This document shows positions 51,170 through 63,973 of a stretch of DNA of 64,000 nt, one piece after another. Numbering within the stretch: the first letter of the stretch is position 1; each line of letters starts with the position of its first letter. The notes beneath the pieces were generated by a model. That model saw nothing but the letters and a program-made list of their open reading frames with translations, was not told where the DNA came from and did not search any database. The stretch lies in NCBI GenBank assembly GCA_977862235.1, contig OZ374560.1, positions 2,728,001 to 2,792,000 on the forward strand. The letters run 5' to 3'. Source of the stretch: Dudresnaya verticillata (taxonomy: Eukaryota). The position numbers were made by a program, and so were the translations under genes.

Positions 51170-51965
51170 TGTAGCAGGGAGAGAGGATCTATTGTGAGTT
51201 CCCGCCAGTATGTGAGGTGGGAAAGTCACGTGCACAAAGGGTCCTGATTGCACAAATTGCACGCGAGATGGCTACAAGGGTCTGCGGGGAGGGGTGTGGC
51301 TTGGAGAGGTCGTGGGGTGCACGGGAATGTTTGCGCACTAAATCGCGGGCGGACAGGAAGCGTGGCGGGATGGGAAATGTTCCCAGGTGCCAACGGTTTG
51401 TGGTCTGTCAAGTTTCTCTGGAAGATCTGGCTTTGAAGTTGGCGCCCAACGTATTGCTAATTTCATTGCCAGCAAGCGCGGGACCTCTCCGTCTACGGAG
51501 AAACTTCGCCTCACTACTCGTTTACTCTCTTTAGTTCTCCAATGCGTCGCGGTGAGTGTCAACCGCCGCAAGCTTGCTCCTCCGCCTCTTTATGGAAGCT
51601 CTGAATCCTAAGCCCCCTTAAGGGGCTTCTCTCTTGTTCTTTAATAAATGTTATCCCGCTTTGGCACACAGCGGGCACTGTAGTTGACGCGGACAACGTT
51701 AGATGGCAGCCAGATCATCTGGTATGATAGCAAACCCGTCAGTCAAGATAGGACGCATGATTTGGCGCAATTATGCGACAATAATCGCGGGAAGCCGTTT
51801 GCACGCCAGCGCGGCGCGGACGAGGGCCGACGGCGGGTTCGAGCGGCTCCCGCCTTGACAGAAGGCCTATATAAACCTGCTCCACTCCAGTCGAGGAGTG
51901 GGGGCAACCAGTACGGTGCCCACCAGACTTGCCAGCGCCCGAGCGCCTCTTCCCAGATCCCTACA
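51170..51965 (+). repeat. Probable LTR region upstream of C gag; possibly two nested LTRs (H 51170-51678 and C 51679-51965)
   Basis: TGTAG at 51170 and 51679, AATAAA at about 51643, CTATATAAA at about 51867, CTACA at 51961-51965. No partner LTR in the window, so boundaries are unconfirmed. Confidence 0.4.
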
Positions 51966-52099
51966 GTGCCAACCGGGCTCCGGTAGCCACAGGGCACGCA
52001 CGCGATCGCCGCGCCGCACAGTACCCATCAAAGCGCTTTGTTCTTCGAAGAGCACTACTGAGCGACGCGCGTGGTACTGCGGGCACCGCCCACCACAAC

Positions 52100-55000
52100 A
52101 TGGCAGGCGCTACTATTTCGTCGATTACGGCGCCGCAACTCAAGTCAGTGATGGGAGAGGAGCTTCTCGCGTTCAAGATAAAGTACCGTGCCTACAAGGA
52201 CAAGGTCGAGGAGTTCAACCGCTCTCGGACACCGGCGCAACGCATACCGCCGGCAGGCCTCAAGTCGTGCATGGATCCCGAGCTACTCACATCGATGATC
52301 CTGTGCCAGGCTTTCCCCGGCGTCACTTCTACCGCAACGCTCACCGACGAGCACGTGAACACATGGCTGGAGGCGCGTTGCCGTGTCTCACACAAAGACA
52401 TCGACAACCAGGTGTCCAACGCACTGGACCGGGTCAAGTTCAAGCCGAAGAGCTCCGACCCCCAAGGTGCCGCACTGCAGTTCTTCACCTCAGTGACAAC
52501 CGAGCTGCAGAGGAACCGAGTGGCACAGGTCATCACCGAGGCACCGAAAGCCCTCTTCCAACAGCTGGTCCCGAAGTTGGAGCCGCGACTCCTGCGCGAC
52601 AAGGTCAAGTCGAGCATGAAGTACTGGAAGGAAGAAGACAAGAGAAGCTTCCACCACTTCCTTGAACAGGTCACCGCGACGTACGTCGACATCGCTTCGT
52701 ACGCAGAAAAAGAAAGCCCTCCGAGCAAAAACGGAGGCCGGGGCAAAGACAGCAACCCGAAGAAGGCTCGAAAAGACAAGAGCGAGCACGGCAACAACAA
52801 TGACAAAAGCCGAGAAAAGAACCCTAGCACCTCCAAGGATGCAGACAGCAGCGACGCTTCGAAGAGGAAGAAGAAACGCAAAAACACCGAGTGGTCAGAG
52901 CCGTGCCTGAACAAGGCCTGCCACAAGCATCATCGAGTCATGGACTGCGACATGACCAGCCCAGACGAGAAGAAAAGGCTGCTGGATGCGTTCTACGATG
53001 AGAAGAAGAAGGCTAAGATAGCCGCCATCTCAAGGGGTGCACTTGGAGATGGACGCTGGAAGGCTTTGCTGCACGAGTCAGTCGAAGTGATTGCCCTAGG
53101 CGACTACGGTGCAGACAATTCTGCTCTCCCTAACGGATCGTGAAGCTGCTCCAGCAGGCTGGCAAGGCTGTGGAGGTTGTGACGTTCGACACACCAATCA
53201 ACTTATCTCCCGCAGTCGAGCTGAAGCAAGGTACAATCACCGCGTCTGCGAAGGCTCTTTTCAACATCACTGTCTGCTTGCCATGTGGGCCGCTCCGACT
53301 GCGCAAAGTGGAGTTCCTGATCATCGACCAAGACATGGATGAGGTCCTGCTAGGACGTCCGCTTCTCAAGTGCCTATGCTTCAACTTAGAGTCACACTTG
53401 CAGAAGGTACGAGACAAGTACGACGAAGCGGACATCAGCGATCTCATGAGCCGCACTGAAGACGACTTCGAGGCCTCCAGTAACTCAGCCAAGACCGCAG
53501 CGTTCGCCCCATACACCGGCCTGTGGTATGACCAGGCTGAGGAAGATCCGATCGAACTGCCGCCCTCTGCAGGGGCCAACATTGGAACAGACAAGGAAGA
53601 AGACATCCAGGAAGCATTTAGAAGTATGCTGACGTCTGCGAAGGACAACGGGATGTCAGCAGAAGGGCTAGCAACAGCTAAACGGATGCTCGACGAGTAC
53701 AGGGAAATCTTCCGGATTAACCTGGGGGCAGACCCACCGGCCAAGGTGGAGCCGCTCAGGATCAAGCTCAAGCCTAACCACCGACCTGTCAGAGCCAAGC
53801 AGCGAAGGTACACTCCCAAACAGCACGCCTTCATCTCTACAGCCGTTCGTGAGCTCAAATCCGTGGGGGCCATTCGTAGCAACTCCCAAGCAAGATGGGC
53901 AAGCCCTGCCCTCTCGGTTCCAAAGCCAGGGTCCGACAAGTTCCGCTTCACAGTAGACCTACGGGCACCCAACCGGGAAACGATCCCAATCGTATCATCT
54001 ATGCCTGACCTCGACCATATGATACAGAAAACTGCAGGCAGCAAGTGCTTCGCAAAGCTGGACATGTGCCATGCGTACTGGCAGATCCCACTTCACGAAG
54101 AGTCACAAGAATGCATGTCTATCCAGACACCGCTCGGGTTGCACACTCCCGTTCGCCTCTTACAAGGGCAGACGGACGCCGGAAACCATTTCCAGTGCGT
54201 GACATCTCACATCTTTGTCGAGTGCATCAAGAAGATCATTCAGTGGTTGGACGACTTCCTGCTCCACGCCAAACACGAGAAGGAGCTACTGGAAGCCCTG
54301 CTGTTGTTCTTCAAGCAGTGTCGCAAGTACAACCTCAAGCTGCATGCCAAGAAGTGCGAACTCTTCGTGAAGGAAGCAAGCTTCTGTGGGCGTGTAATAG
54401 ATGAGACAGGTGTTCGCTATAGCCCACGGGAACTAGACACCATCCTGGGCATGCGAAAGCCAGAATTCGCTTCCTCCAACAGTTCTTGTGTGCTACGAAC
54501 TGGATGCGCAAGAGTATCCCCGAGTACTCTAAGACAATCGCACCGCTTCACGACCTGATGGAGATTTGCTACGGCAAGGCAAAGAAGCGAACCAAGAAAG
54601 CAGTAAAGAACATATCACTGTCTGGACTATGGGGGGCTACACACAACTCTGCCTTCAGTCAGATTCAATCTCACATAGTCCAGTCAATCAAGCTCGCACA
54701 TCCTAAGTCAAGCCATAGGCTTTGCCTCTTCACCGACGCCTCCGAGACCCATTGGGCGTCTGTACTAACGCAGATACACAGCAACAGATGGATTTGGACG
54801 TCGAGGAGCACGATCACGAGCCCTTAGCCTTTTTATCTGGATCCTTTACAGGCGCTGCAGCCAACTGGAGTATAGTAGAGAAGGAAGCATTCTCGGTCGT
54901 AGAATCTATGACAAGACTCGACCACTTCACAGCGGCAGGTGAGATCTCATTGTTCACGGACCATGCCAACCTGGTGTACATCTTCGACCCGTACGGAAGG

Positions 55001-55339
55001 AACCCAGGTATGAGCCGGCACACAGCGAACAAGCTCATGCGATGGGCGCTCAAGCTGAGCGCCCATCGATGCGTCATCGAGCACCTCCCTGGCGAGCAAA
55101 ACGTATGGGCGGACATACTAACGCGCTGGGCCGTCAAGCCCAGAGACAGAGTGAAGTCGGTCAAGCTAGCCAGCCTGTTCTACGCCCCAATTACTCCCGA
55201 GACTAACGAAGAGTATGACTGGCCAACTCGTAACGACTTCGCTAAGGCTCAGAAGGAAACAACAGAACAACCGCCGCATGGTTTCAGCGAGAAAGATGGA
55301 ATCATCCAAGACAATGGAGGTGTCTTCTGGCTTCCCGTA
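52100..55339 (+). mobile_element. Element C: gag-pol of a distinct Ty3/Gypsy lineage, frameshifted and interrupted by element B
   Basis: ATG at 52100; knuckle-like CLNKACHKHHRVMDC; protease LGDYGA; RT FAKLDMCHAYWQ and WLDD; RNase H LFTDAS...EKEAF; frameshifts near 53140, 54475 and 54780. Confidence 0.92.
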
Positions 55340-56345
55340 TGTAGTATGTCTAGAGCACCACCGCGTACGGCAGCCCAACGAGACCCCAAGAAGACCACAA
55401 AGACCTGTCGGATTTGACCAAAACTGGCCAGAACGTAGAACGGACCTGCGCGCCGGTAGCAAGCGTGGTAGAGCGGGAGCGCGCAGACGAAGTCGTGACC
55501 AGTATCCGTGATGAGGACGGAAAATGGCCAAGTCGGGGGTTCAGTTGCTAACTTTACTCCCAACCTCTGGCGGGACGGCTTCGTACCTTTTTCGGCTTAG
55601 CCGTAGTGTGTGGCCAGCTAAGTAGGCCCAAAATTGGCCATCAGAGCTAATCTAGAGCTATTCTACAGTTAGTGGCCGAGGTTACTCCGGTCGGCCATAA
55701 TATCTACTTGTGTTCCGGCGTCGGGCCAATGTTGTACCCTTACCAGACTAAACCAAGTACTTGTTCGTTAGTGGTTGGCCAAATGAGTTAGATTTTCCCT
55801 TGATTTTTCCACTGTCTTCCCTTTGATTCACCTTGCGGCCAAATCCAATTTCCATTTGTGTCCTGGCCGAGAACCGGATCATACGTGTACAGCGGGCCAC
55901 GTGGTGCGCTTCAGTGTCGTAGGTGGCCACGTGTGAGCCACGTGTACAGTCGGTGGCCACGTATCATACTTGCGCGCGCTCACCGCCGTCCGCGCGCCGA
56001 CGGCGCAACTTCATTGGCCAAGTGTCTTCGTTTGGTTGGGCCGATCGTACAGTTGGCCCGTCGATTTGCTTCCTTTCGGCGGCCCCCTTGCCGTTGCACC
56101 ACAGAGCCCCCTTCGCAAGCGCGGACTCCTGGCCGCGAGGGTTTCATCTGGCCATATCAGCGCGCGTGATCCCCGCCGCTACCCCTCTCCCTACATCCGG
56201 CCATCACCATCTTGCTCACACTTCACTTCCCCTTACCAACACTTCCCAACACATCGTGCGCACGCCCGCGCTTCTTGCCAACTTGTGCGCCCTTCCCTCG
56301 CTTCGGCCTCCACGTGCGCATCCGGCCAGTCGCTCTTGATGGCGG

Positions 56346-59300
56346 GTGGCCAAAGCGCGCCCGCGTCGCACAGCATCGGCTAAGAAGAAGACTGTTCGGC
56401 CGACCATTTCTTCCAGCTCGTCATCTACACCGCCGTCGAGCGACGAGGAAGTGGCTGTGGCCAGAGCGAAAGCGACCACGAAGAAGACTGGCCAGACGTC
56501 AAGGCCGCGCGGGATGAAGGCGCCTTGGGCATCTTCCGCCCCAGCACCCAAGACCCCAAGTGGCAAGCCCTTCGATCCGCTAGTTGCTGTAGCCACTACC
56601 ACAGCGGCGAAGCCCATCAAGACTGGCCAGAAGAAGAGTGTTGCTGCCTCCGCTACTCCGGTCATGGCGCAAGCGATGCCCGACGTTGGCACCGACAAGA
56701 TAATGCAGGAGATAGCGGCCATGCAGAAGAGGCGCGAAGCTGAGGAGCAACAATTGGCCAGTCTGAAGAAGAAACTTGCGGATGCGCAGAAGGCCAAGGT
56801 GGTGCGCAGTGTGACCATCGTCGCATCATCTTCATCAGAGGAGGCAGCGGCGGCAACAGGCCAACTTAAAAGAGGTAAGCCGACAGCGTCTTCTAACGTC
56901 GGTCCGCTAGCCAAGGAGACGAAGCAAACTGGCCAAAAGACAGCAGAAGCGCCTGAGAAAGGGTTGGTACAGGCCGAAGTGAAGCGTCTCGAGGCGAAGA
57001 AGTCAATGCCGGCCCCAAACACTTCGGTGCCAACGGCCATTAATCCGACGCCACCGCCGCTGGCCAGCGCTGTTGAGAAGGCTGTTATTGCCATCTCTCG
57101 TCCCCTGGTGGCTCAAGCTACCACTGCAGCAGCTGAAGAAGTAGCTGCGGCTCAACCCGAGGTTGCCGATTCGGCCATGGTATTCGTGCCCGCTCGAGAA
57201 GAACCACTGACCAGCAAGCAGGAGTTACCTGAAAAAGTTGAGAAGGTTGGGCCAGAGCAGAAGAAAGGAGACAAGTTGGGGCAGAAGGCTGCAGAAGCTT
57301 TGGCCAATATTCCTGTGCCACGCAAGTCGTCGCGTTCGGCCACTCCGAGCGCTTCAAGGAAATCCACGCCGCGACTACGTTCGGTGCCTTCGCCTTTCAT
57401 GCCGACGGCTGCGAGTCGTGCGCGCGAGCTGGTCAAGTTAAACATCGGCAAGCCCGCTGTTCAGGGTCCTCCCACAAAGAAGCAGCGGCTGCCGCCTAAG
57501 GAAGTTGACCAGACACCTCGCGACTAAGTTATCGACGTCGATGCTTCTACACCAATCCCGCCGGCCAATCTTATGTCAGACGGCGATCGTCGTCGCTTTG
57601 TGGCCTTGCTCCCCGACGCCGATGAGCTTAAAACTGGCCATTCTTCGTCTACGCCTTCTGTAGGCGTGCAGCCCAAGTCATCTGGCCAGGTTGAAGATCC
57701 TCGCGCTATGGAAGTTACTCCGCGTGAAGAGACCTTAGATATTACCAAGACTGGCCAGAGTTCAAGTGCTGGCCCCTCTGCTCCTACTCATCCGGATCAG
57801 GAGCCGGCTTCGCATAATCGTGCTGCCGTGCCTTTCCGCTGCGACATTCCGCCGGGACTAGAAGATCATGATGGCCCCGAATTAGTTTTGGATGAGCGAT
57901 TGCCTGGGACTTCCATCTGGCCAACGCGTCCTCGAGTGGATATTCCTTATGCCGAGTTGGTGGCCAATAGTGACAAGCTGGACATGATCCGCGTGCGAGA
58001 AAGCAATTGCCCTCTCAACGAGGCGTGGCATCAATATCGCAAATCGCATGACAATGGCCATCTCTACTGGATCCCTTCGGAGATTGAGTGCGACCGTGCC
58101 TTCTTGCTGTGCGCGCAAGACGTGATGTTCGTCCACGGGGCTTGGCTGATGTTCAAGGGCAAGTCTAATGTGTACCCTCATACGTCCACATGGTATTACG
58201 CCTTCCCTCACGCGTGGATGTTTGAGCGCTGGGAGCAGACGACCGTGCGAAACGCGAAAATGGCCAGTACAGACCTTCGTCGCATCATAGCGCCGGGAGA
58301 TTGGCTGGCCCATCGCACGGGTGGTAGCTATGTCTACCACGGCAGCACTCGTGGCCAAGAAGGTTTTTGGCCCCCTTTCGAATACTTCCCTAGCGTTCCC
58401 GCTTTTCTCTGGAGGGAGTGGCCATCGAAAGGAGAAGCTAGTCTACTTAGCCCGCTGGCTTATTATTTTGTTGGCCAGTATCGTCGTCGTGCGCTCGACC
58501 CCACCTGGGTTGAGTGCTTCCAAGAAACCGCTGTCATAGAGTTGCACATAATGGCCAGCATCTTCTTCCGCTATGAAGCACAGGCGTCGAAGAGAATGTG
58601 GTGGATGTCTTCTCAGGCCATTGCTCGACGAGTGGAAGTGGTGAAAGATCTTACCTACCTCCCCGTCAGCCAGGAGCATCAGCATCAGTTCAATCATGTA
58701 TATTGGCCAGATGTTGTGTCGCTGTATGAGAAGTTGGCCGACACCGTGCGGCACCGGGACCATTTGTTTCAACGCAGGGCTGGCCATGATGAGAAGTATT
58801 GCGGTTTCGACTGGAACAAACAAGTGACCTTTCGGCATGGCAGTAGCTTTGGAGTTGAAGTGGCCAACGACGCTTCCATCGTGCGGGCCAGCATCTTGCA
58901 TCCTCATCCGCATGTGGTGGCCGAACTTTCTGTGCGTGGCCATGTTAACCAAATGTCTTTCGCCAACGTCTTGCGGCAGCTGGACCAGAGCTTTGGCCGC
59001 CTCAGCGATACAAAGCGTGGCCAGACCGATGAACTCAACCGCGTTCGTCGTCATGTTGATGAAATGGAAGAGGTAATCAGGCGGGGTGAAGAGCGGTTGG
59101 CCAATATTAGAAGGCAGAAGGACCAAGTCGAGGCCGAATTGCAGGCCACAAAGGAGACGTTGGCCAGATCTAACGAGCAGGGTCTTGAGTGGAAGAGGCA
59201 GCGCGATCGCTGGTGCGATGAGACGCACAATCAACAGGCCTTACTTGACATGGAGCGCAATCGTGGATTTCATCAGCTGGCCAGTTTGCGCGCAGCTTAT

Positions 59301-59717
59301 GCGCCCTCCGTCTTTGGCCAGATGCCTCAGTTTCCTCTGTCTTCCTTGCCTACGCCTGCGCCGGGTATGCCGCAATATCCTGGGGTCTCAGTGGCACCGG
59401 CCACAACCCCCACGCCATCTCACGCTGGGGACATCAGCAGTCATCCACGTGCGCCGTCTCGACCGGCCGATTATCAACCAGAGCCAACTCGTCCGACTTT
59501 GTCGGCTCCGCCGACTCCTGTGGCCAATGTTGCTCAGCCTGGCCAGGTCCCTGGAAGCTTATCTCTGCCGGCCACTTCGCCTTTTGTGACGCCGCCAACC
59601 GTCCCTGCGACGGCCCCTCGTGTCCCCGCGACAGCGCCTCGTGCGCCTTCGCAGTCAAGGAGCAGAGAGCCCTATGCTTCGGGTTCTCCTCGCTCACCAA
59701 GTCCTTATGGCCGTTAG
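56346..59717 (+). CDS. Antisense accessory ORF of element B (about 1120 codons with one in-frame TAA at 57525-57527), unknown function
   Basis: ORFs 56346-57527 (K/A/T/P-rich) and 57573-59717 (aromatic-rich domain, coiled coil, Pro-rich tail) are in the same frame. Confidence 0.82.
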
Positions 59718-60631
59718 TTGTCAAGGTGTTGGATTAGTAGTTGGCCAGCTCGTCTTGTGCTCTTATGCTGGCCAATGAGTTGTTGTTAGTCTTGTGATTT
59801 CCTGTGTCTTGTGTTTGCGTTATCAAAAGTTGGTGACCAGGTTAGTGCTTCTAAGGCGGGACAGCCCCCTTGTCTTTGGGGGTTAAGTCTGTCCGGCCAG
59901 TCTTGAGTTAAAGTGCACTGGTTGCCTTCAAAAATGTTGTGTGTTATCGTGGCCAGTTACTAGTCAAATGGGGCCGTATGGCCTTTGTTAGTCCGGGTAG
60001 TAGACCTTGCTTCTGGCCAATGCTCATGAGCACAGCTGGAAAAAACGGGGTTAAGGGAGTTAGTGGTTAAGTCAAAACACAAAAATGGCCAGTGCGAGTG
60101 GTGGGGTGAAGTGGTCTTGATGCGGGGCTACCTCCCTCAAGGCGCCGAAGGAAGAGCAATGGCCAGCTATTGTCTTCGTCTCATCAGCCTCAAGCTCCTC
60201 ATTTGGCCATGTCTTCTTCTCTGGGCCAATTTCCTTCTTGTTGTCGGTAGGGGGTTATCGTCACTCCCCCTGTCCTCTCATTCTGCGCAAACCCCCGCTT
60301 GGGAGCACGACGCGTGGGAATTAGAGTTACCTGGAAAAGGCAGCAAAAGATGAGGTAGTTTCTACCGTCCATTTACACCCACTGAATTTTGGCGTACACC
60401 GGGAGATTTGCTGGCCGCAACTTTCTCACACATGATTGGCCAGCTTACATTATTCTGGGTTAACCCTAAACACCACCGTCGTGTTTTTGGCGGCGAGGTT
60501 CCAGCCGGGGTATTTCGTCACCCAGCATCTCCCTCCTCCGTCCACAACCACCCCGCATCTCCGTCTTCACAAGTTTTTGGCCAGACTCTGACTCCTCTCG
60601 CTTGACTTCCCTGGCCATGTCGAAGTTGACC

Positions 60632-63600
60632 TCACGAATTGTTTTGGCCCGGCGTAGCTCGGCGCTTCATGCGCGCGAAGAAGCGCGACACCAACGTGGC
60701 TGGCAGAAGAACCTCGGGTTCCCATGTTCGGCCATTATACCCATACCACTTGACCTGAAACCACCGTTGGCCAGTCGAATCCTCGCGCATATCCGTGAGC
60801 TTGTCAATGACATATTCCTCGGCCGACGCAGCAACTCCTTCAGGAAGGTTTCCCAATGCGGCACTGGCCAATGTTTCCGTAGCCATCGGTTGCCCCTGTG
60901 GCCTGGGTGCGGCTACTACTCGGTCCGAGCTAACACGCTCCAGTTGGCCAGCTCTGTCGATGACGAACGTACGGCCATCATTGCTTATAATTTTGTATGG
61001 CCCCTGGGCATGATGCTCTAGTTTTTTTGGCTGCTTTTCTGGGTTGTCCAGAAAGACAAACCCTCCAGCGGCCAGTATCTTATTCCCCGTTCTAACCGAG
61101 CGGTCGAAGTCCTTCTTGTAGCGCGCTTGTGTGCGAGTTAAACTGGCCGAAGCTTTATCCACGGCCTCTGATAATCGGCGCAAGAACGCTTCCTTCACAG
61201 TCCCTGTTGGCTTTGGCCGGTTTAACGTAGCTTCGAGTGAGAAGGGACTCGGCGGCCGACTGAGAACCAAGTCAAACGGCGTGGTTCCAGTGGAGCGATG
61301 TATATGGCAATTATAAGCATACGTCAATGCCGCAGCGTATTCATCCCAGTCAGTCTGGTGCTCATTCACGTAGCTCCTCAGCATCGCGGCCAGTGTTCGA
61401 TTGTACCTTTCTACCTGGCCATTTGTTTGTGGATGATATGTCGTTGTGAAGATGTTGGCCACCTGTAATTGTCGGCAGACTGCCTGGAAGAACTTGGCCG
61501 CAAACTGCCCACCGTTGTCAGTAAGAACTGTCTTTGGTGCACCGTACTTGAAAATCCAGTGAACGCAAAACGCCGTGGCCACATTATAGGCGGTTATCTT
61601 CGTCAGAGGCACCACCTGAGTCAACTTCGAGAAGCGGCATGTAATGACTAATATGTGCTCGAACCCCTTCTTAGTTTTGGGGAGGGGCCCGAGAAGATCC
61701 ATGGCCACACTCTCTAATGGTTGACTGGCCGGGAAAAGCTGTAACTTCGATGTATGTCGGAGACGACGAATCCGGTTTTTGGCGCAATGGCCACAGTTCC
61801 GAACCGTAGCTAGACAGTCAGCGGCCATGTGCGGCCAATAGTATGTCCGTCGAAGGGTCTGATACATTCGATTCTGGCCAGGGTGACCTGCCAGAACGGC
61901 ATGATGGCACAACCGAAGAATCCGGCCATGCAACGAAGCTGGAAGCACTATTTGTTTTCGGCCATCTGTCGGACAACGTCTGTAGAGGACCCCATCAACC
62001 CCTTCGAAGAAGAGAGGTTTCTTGGGTCGTCCCAGGCCAGCTCGCGTGGCGAGAATGGTCTGGCAGAAGTCATCGTTTTTCTGGCCCTCTATTATTTCAG
62101 TCTGTGTTACTGGTGTTGGGAGAGTCTCTGCTGTCTTCCCTTCCATTTGTGCACGACTGAAAACTTCCGCTCGGCCATAGTCCGTATAATCGGCCATCAA
62201 ATGTTCCTCCTCCCAGGCGTCGACATCATCGTCCCGTTCTCTCCTGTCGGCCATATTAGTTTCTCGATTTCTCCGGGCCCGCGTGGTCGTGAGAATAGAG
62301 GGGGTACCGTCCAATACAGGTACAGTATCATCTATTGGCCGTGCATCTCCGCTCTCTTGCGGGGCGACCAAGCGGGACAAGGCATCGGGGACTTGGTTCT
62401 TACGGCCCGGTTTATACTCAATCACAAAGTCGAACTCGGCCAGACGTAATCTCCATCTTGTAAGACGGCCAGACGAATCAGTGAGCGACATCAACCAACG
62501 GAGGGCATCATGGTCCGTACGGACTGTGAACTTGGTACCTTCAACATATGGCCATAATGATGTAATTGTCCACACCACTGACAAACACTCGCGCTCAGTG
62601 GCCGAATAGTTTTTCTCGGCCGACGTAAGGGAACGAGACCAATATCCCACGGGGTGGTACGTCTCGTCCTCTTGTTCTTGGAGCAAGACGCATCCAATCT
62701 GGTATGCGCTGGCATCAGTCTCGATCACATATGGCCGGCCGTATCTAGGTAAGGCCAGAATCGGCGGCGAGACGAGAGCAGCCTTCAGTTTCTCGAAGCT
62801 CTGACGTTGTTCCTCTGTTGGCCGTTCGAAGTCTGGCTCGGCATCCTTGCACAACATGCGCGTAAGTGGCCGTGCGATACTGGAATATTTGGCCACAAAT
62901 CTTCGGTAGACATTGCAAGCTCCCAAGAAGGACCGAAGTTCTGTAAGGGATCCTGGAAACTCGGCTTCTTGTATTGCCTTGGTACCCTGCATGGCCATAC
63001 TTAGTTTTCCGGGGGTCACTACATGACCCAGATAATCTACTTTGGCCTGAAAGAAGGAACACTTCTTCAACTTCAACGTAATGCCGGCCGCCTTCAACAA
63101 GGTTAAGACCTCGTCTAGATGGCCAAGATGATCCTCCACATTCTTGGAGAACACGATGACATCGTCCAGATAGATGAGGCAGATCTGCCATCGGACACCA
63201 GAGAGAACTATGTCAAGCGCGCGCTGAAATGTGGCCGGTGCGTTCTTCAAGCCAAATGGCATTCGATTGTACCTGAATGTTCCCAAGTGAGAGGTGAAGG
63301 CCGTCTTATCCTTGTCCTCCTCGGCCACTGGTATTTGCCAATATCCGGAGTTACAGTCCAAGGTTGAAAACACGGCCGCATCCCCAAGGGAGTCTATGCA
63401 ATCGTCCATGCGCGGGAGCGGGTATGCGTCACCAACTGTCTTCGCATTGAGTCGGCGATAGTCGACACAGAAGCGGAGGGTGCCATCCTTCTTCGGCACC
63501 ATGACAATTGGCGAGGCCCATTCTACGTGCGATGGCTCTATAACTCCGGCCTCCAACTGCTTCTTAATATCGGCCTCTGCGATCGCGCGTAACGCTGGAC

Positions 63601-63973
63601 CCTGTCGATAGGGCATCGCTCTTATTGGCCGGGTTCCATCTTCCAAGTCTATCCGATGTTCGGTGGCCATGATCTGTCCCAAGGAACCGTCCCACATTGC
63701 ACTGTGTTTCTCTAGGATGGCCATTATCTTTTCGCGTTGTTTCTTGTCCGGAATATGATCAAGTTTGATCTTATCCCGACATTCTTGTGCCTATTGTCTA
63801 GGTACCTTTGGTTCCGAAGGCTCACCTCTTTCTTGGCCAGATTCTTCTACTTCTACTTGACTACTATCCTGATCCACATGTGGAGTAAGCCCAAGTACAC
63901 TGGCCATATTCTCCACACTCCGTCCGTGTGGCGTCAGGATTGCCATGGGGTGGCGGACGGCATAGCCGACCAC
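60632..63973 (-). CDS. pol: pol of element B (RT, RNase H, INT, chromodomain); in-frame stop at 63791 upstream of RT
   Basis: 1030-aa ORF: FSTLDCNSGYWQ, YLDD, ETDAS...ERECL, H...GH...CGHC, VAMDL, LTDNG, NGQVERYN, EYVIDKL...FQVKWYGY...TWEP. Confidence 0.96.

Noticed and set aside
51720..51731. TGGTATGATAGC as a tRNA-iMet PBS for element C
   Set aside because: Two mismatches to TGGTATCAGAGC, and it lies upstream of the TATA-like box; no partner LTR is available to confirm an LTR end there.
51831..51854. GGGTTCGAG as a tRNA T-loop or B-box
   Set aside because: Only a short hairpin; no cloverleaf or A-box.
57573..59717. env gene
   Set aside because: Antisense to pol, with no evident signal peptide or transmembrane segment.
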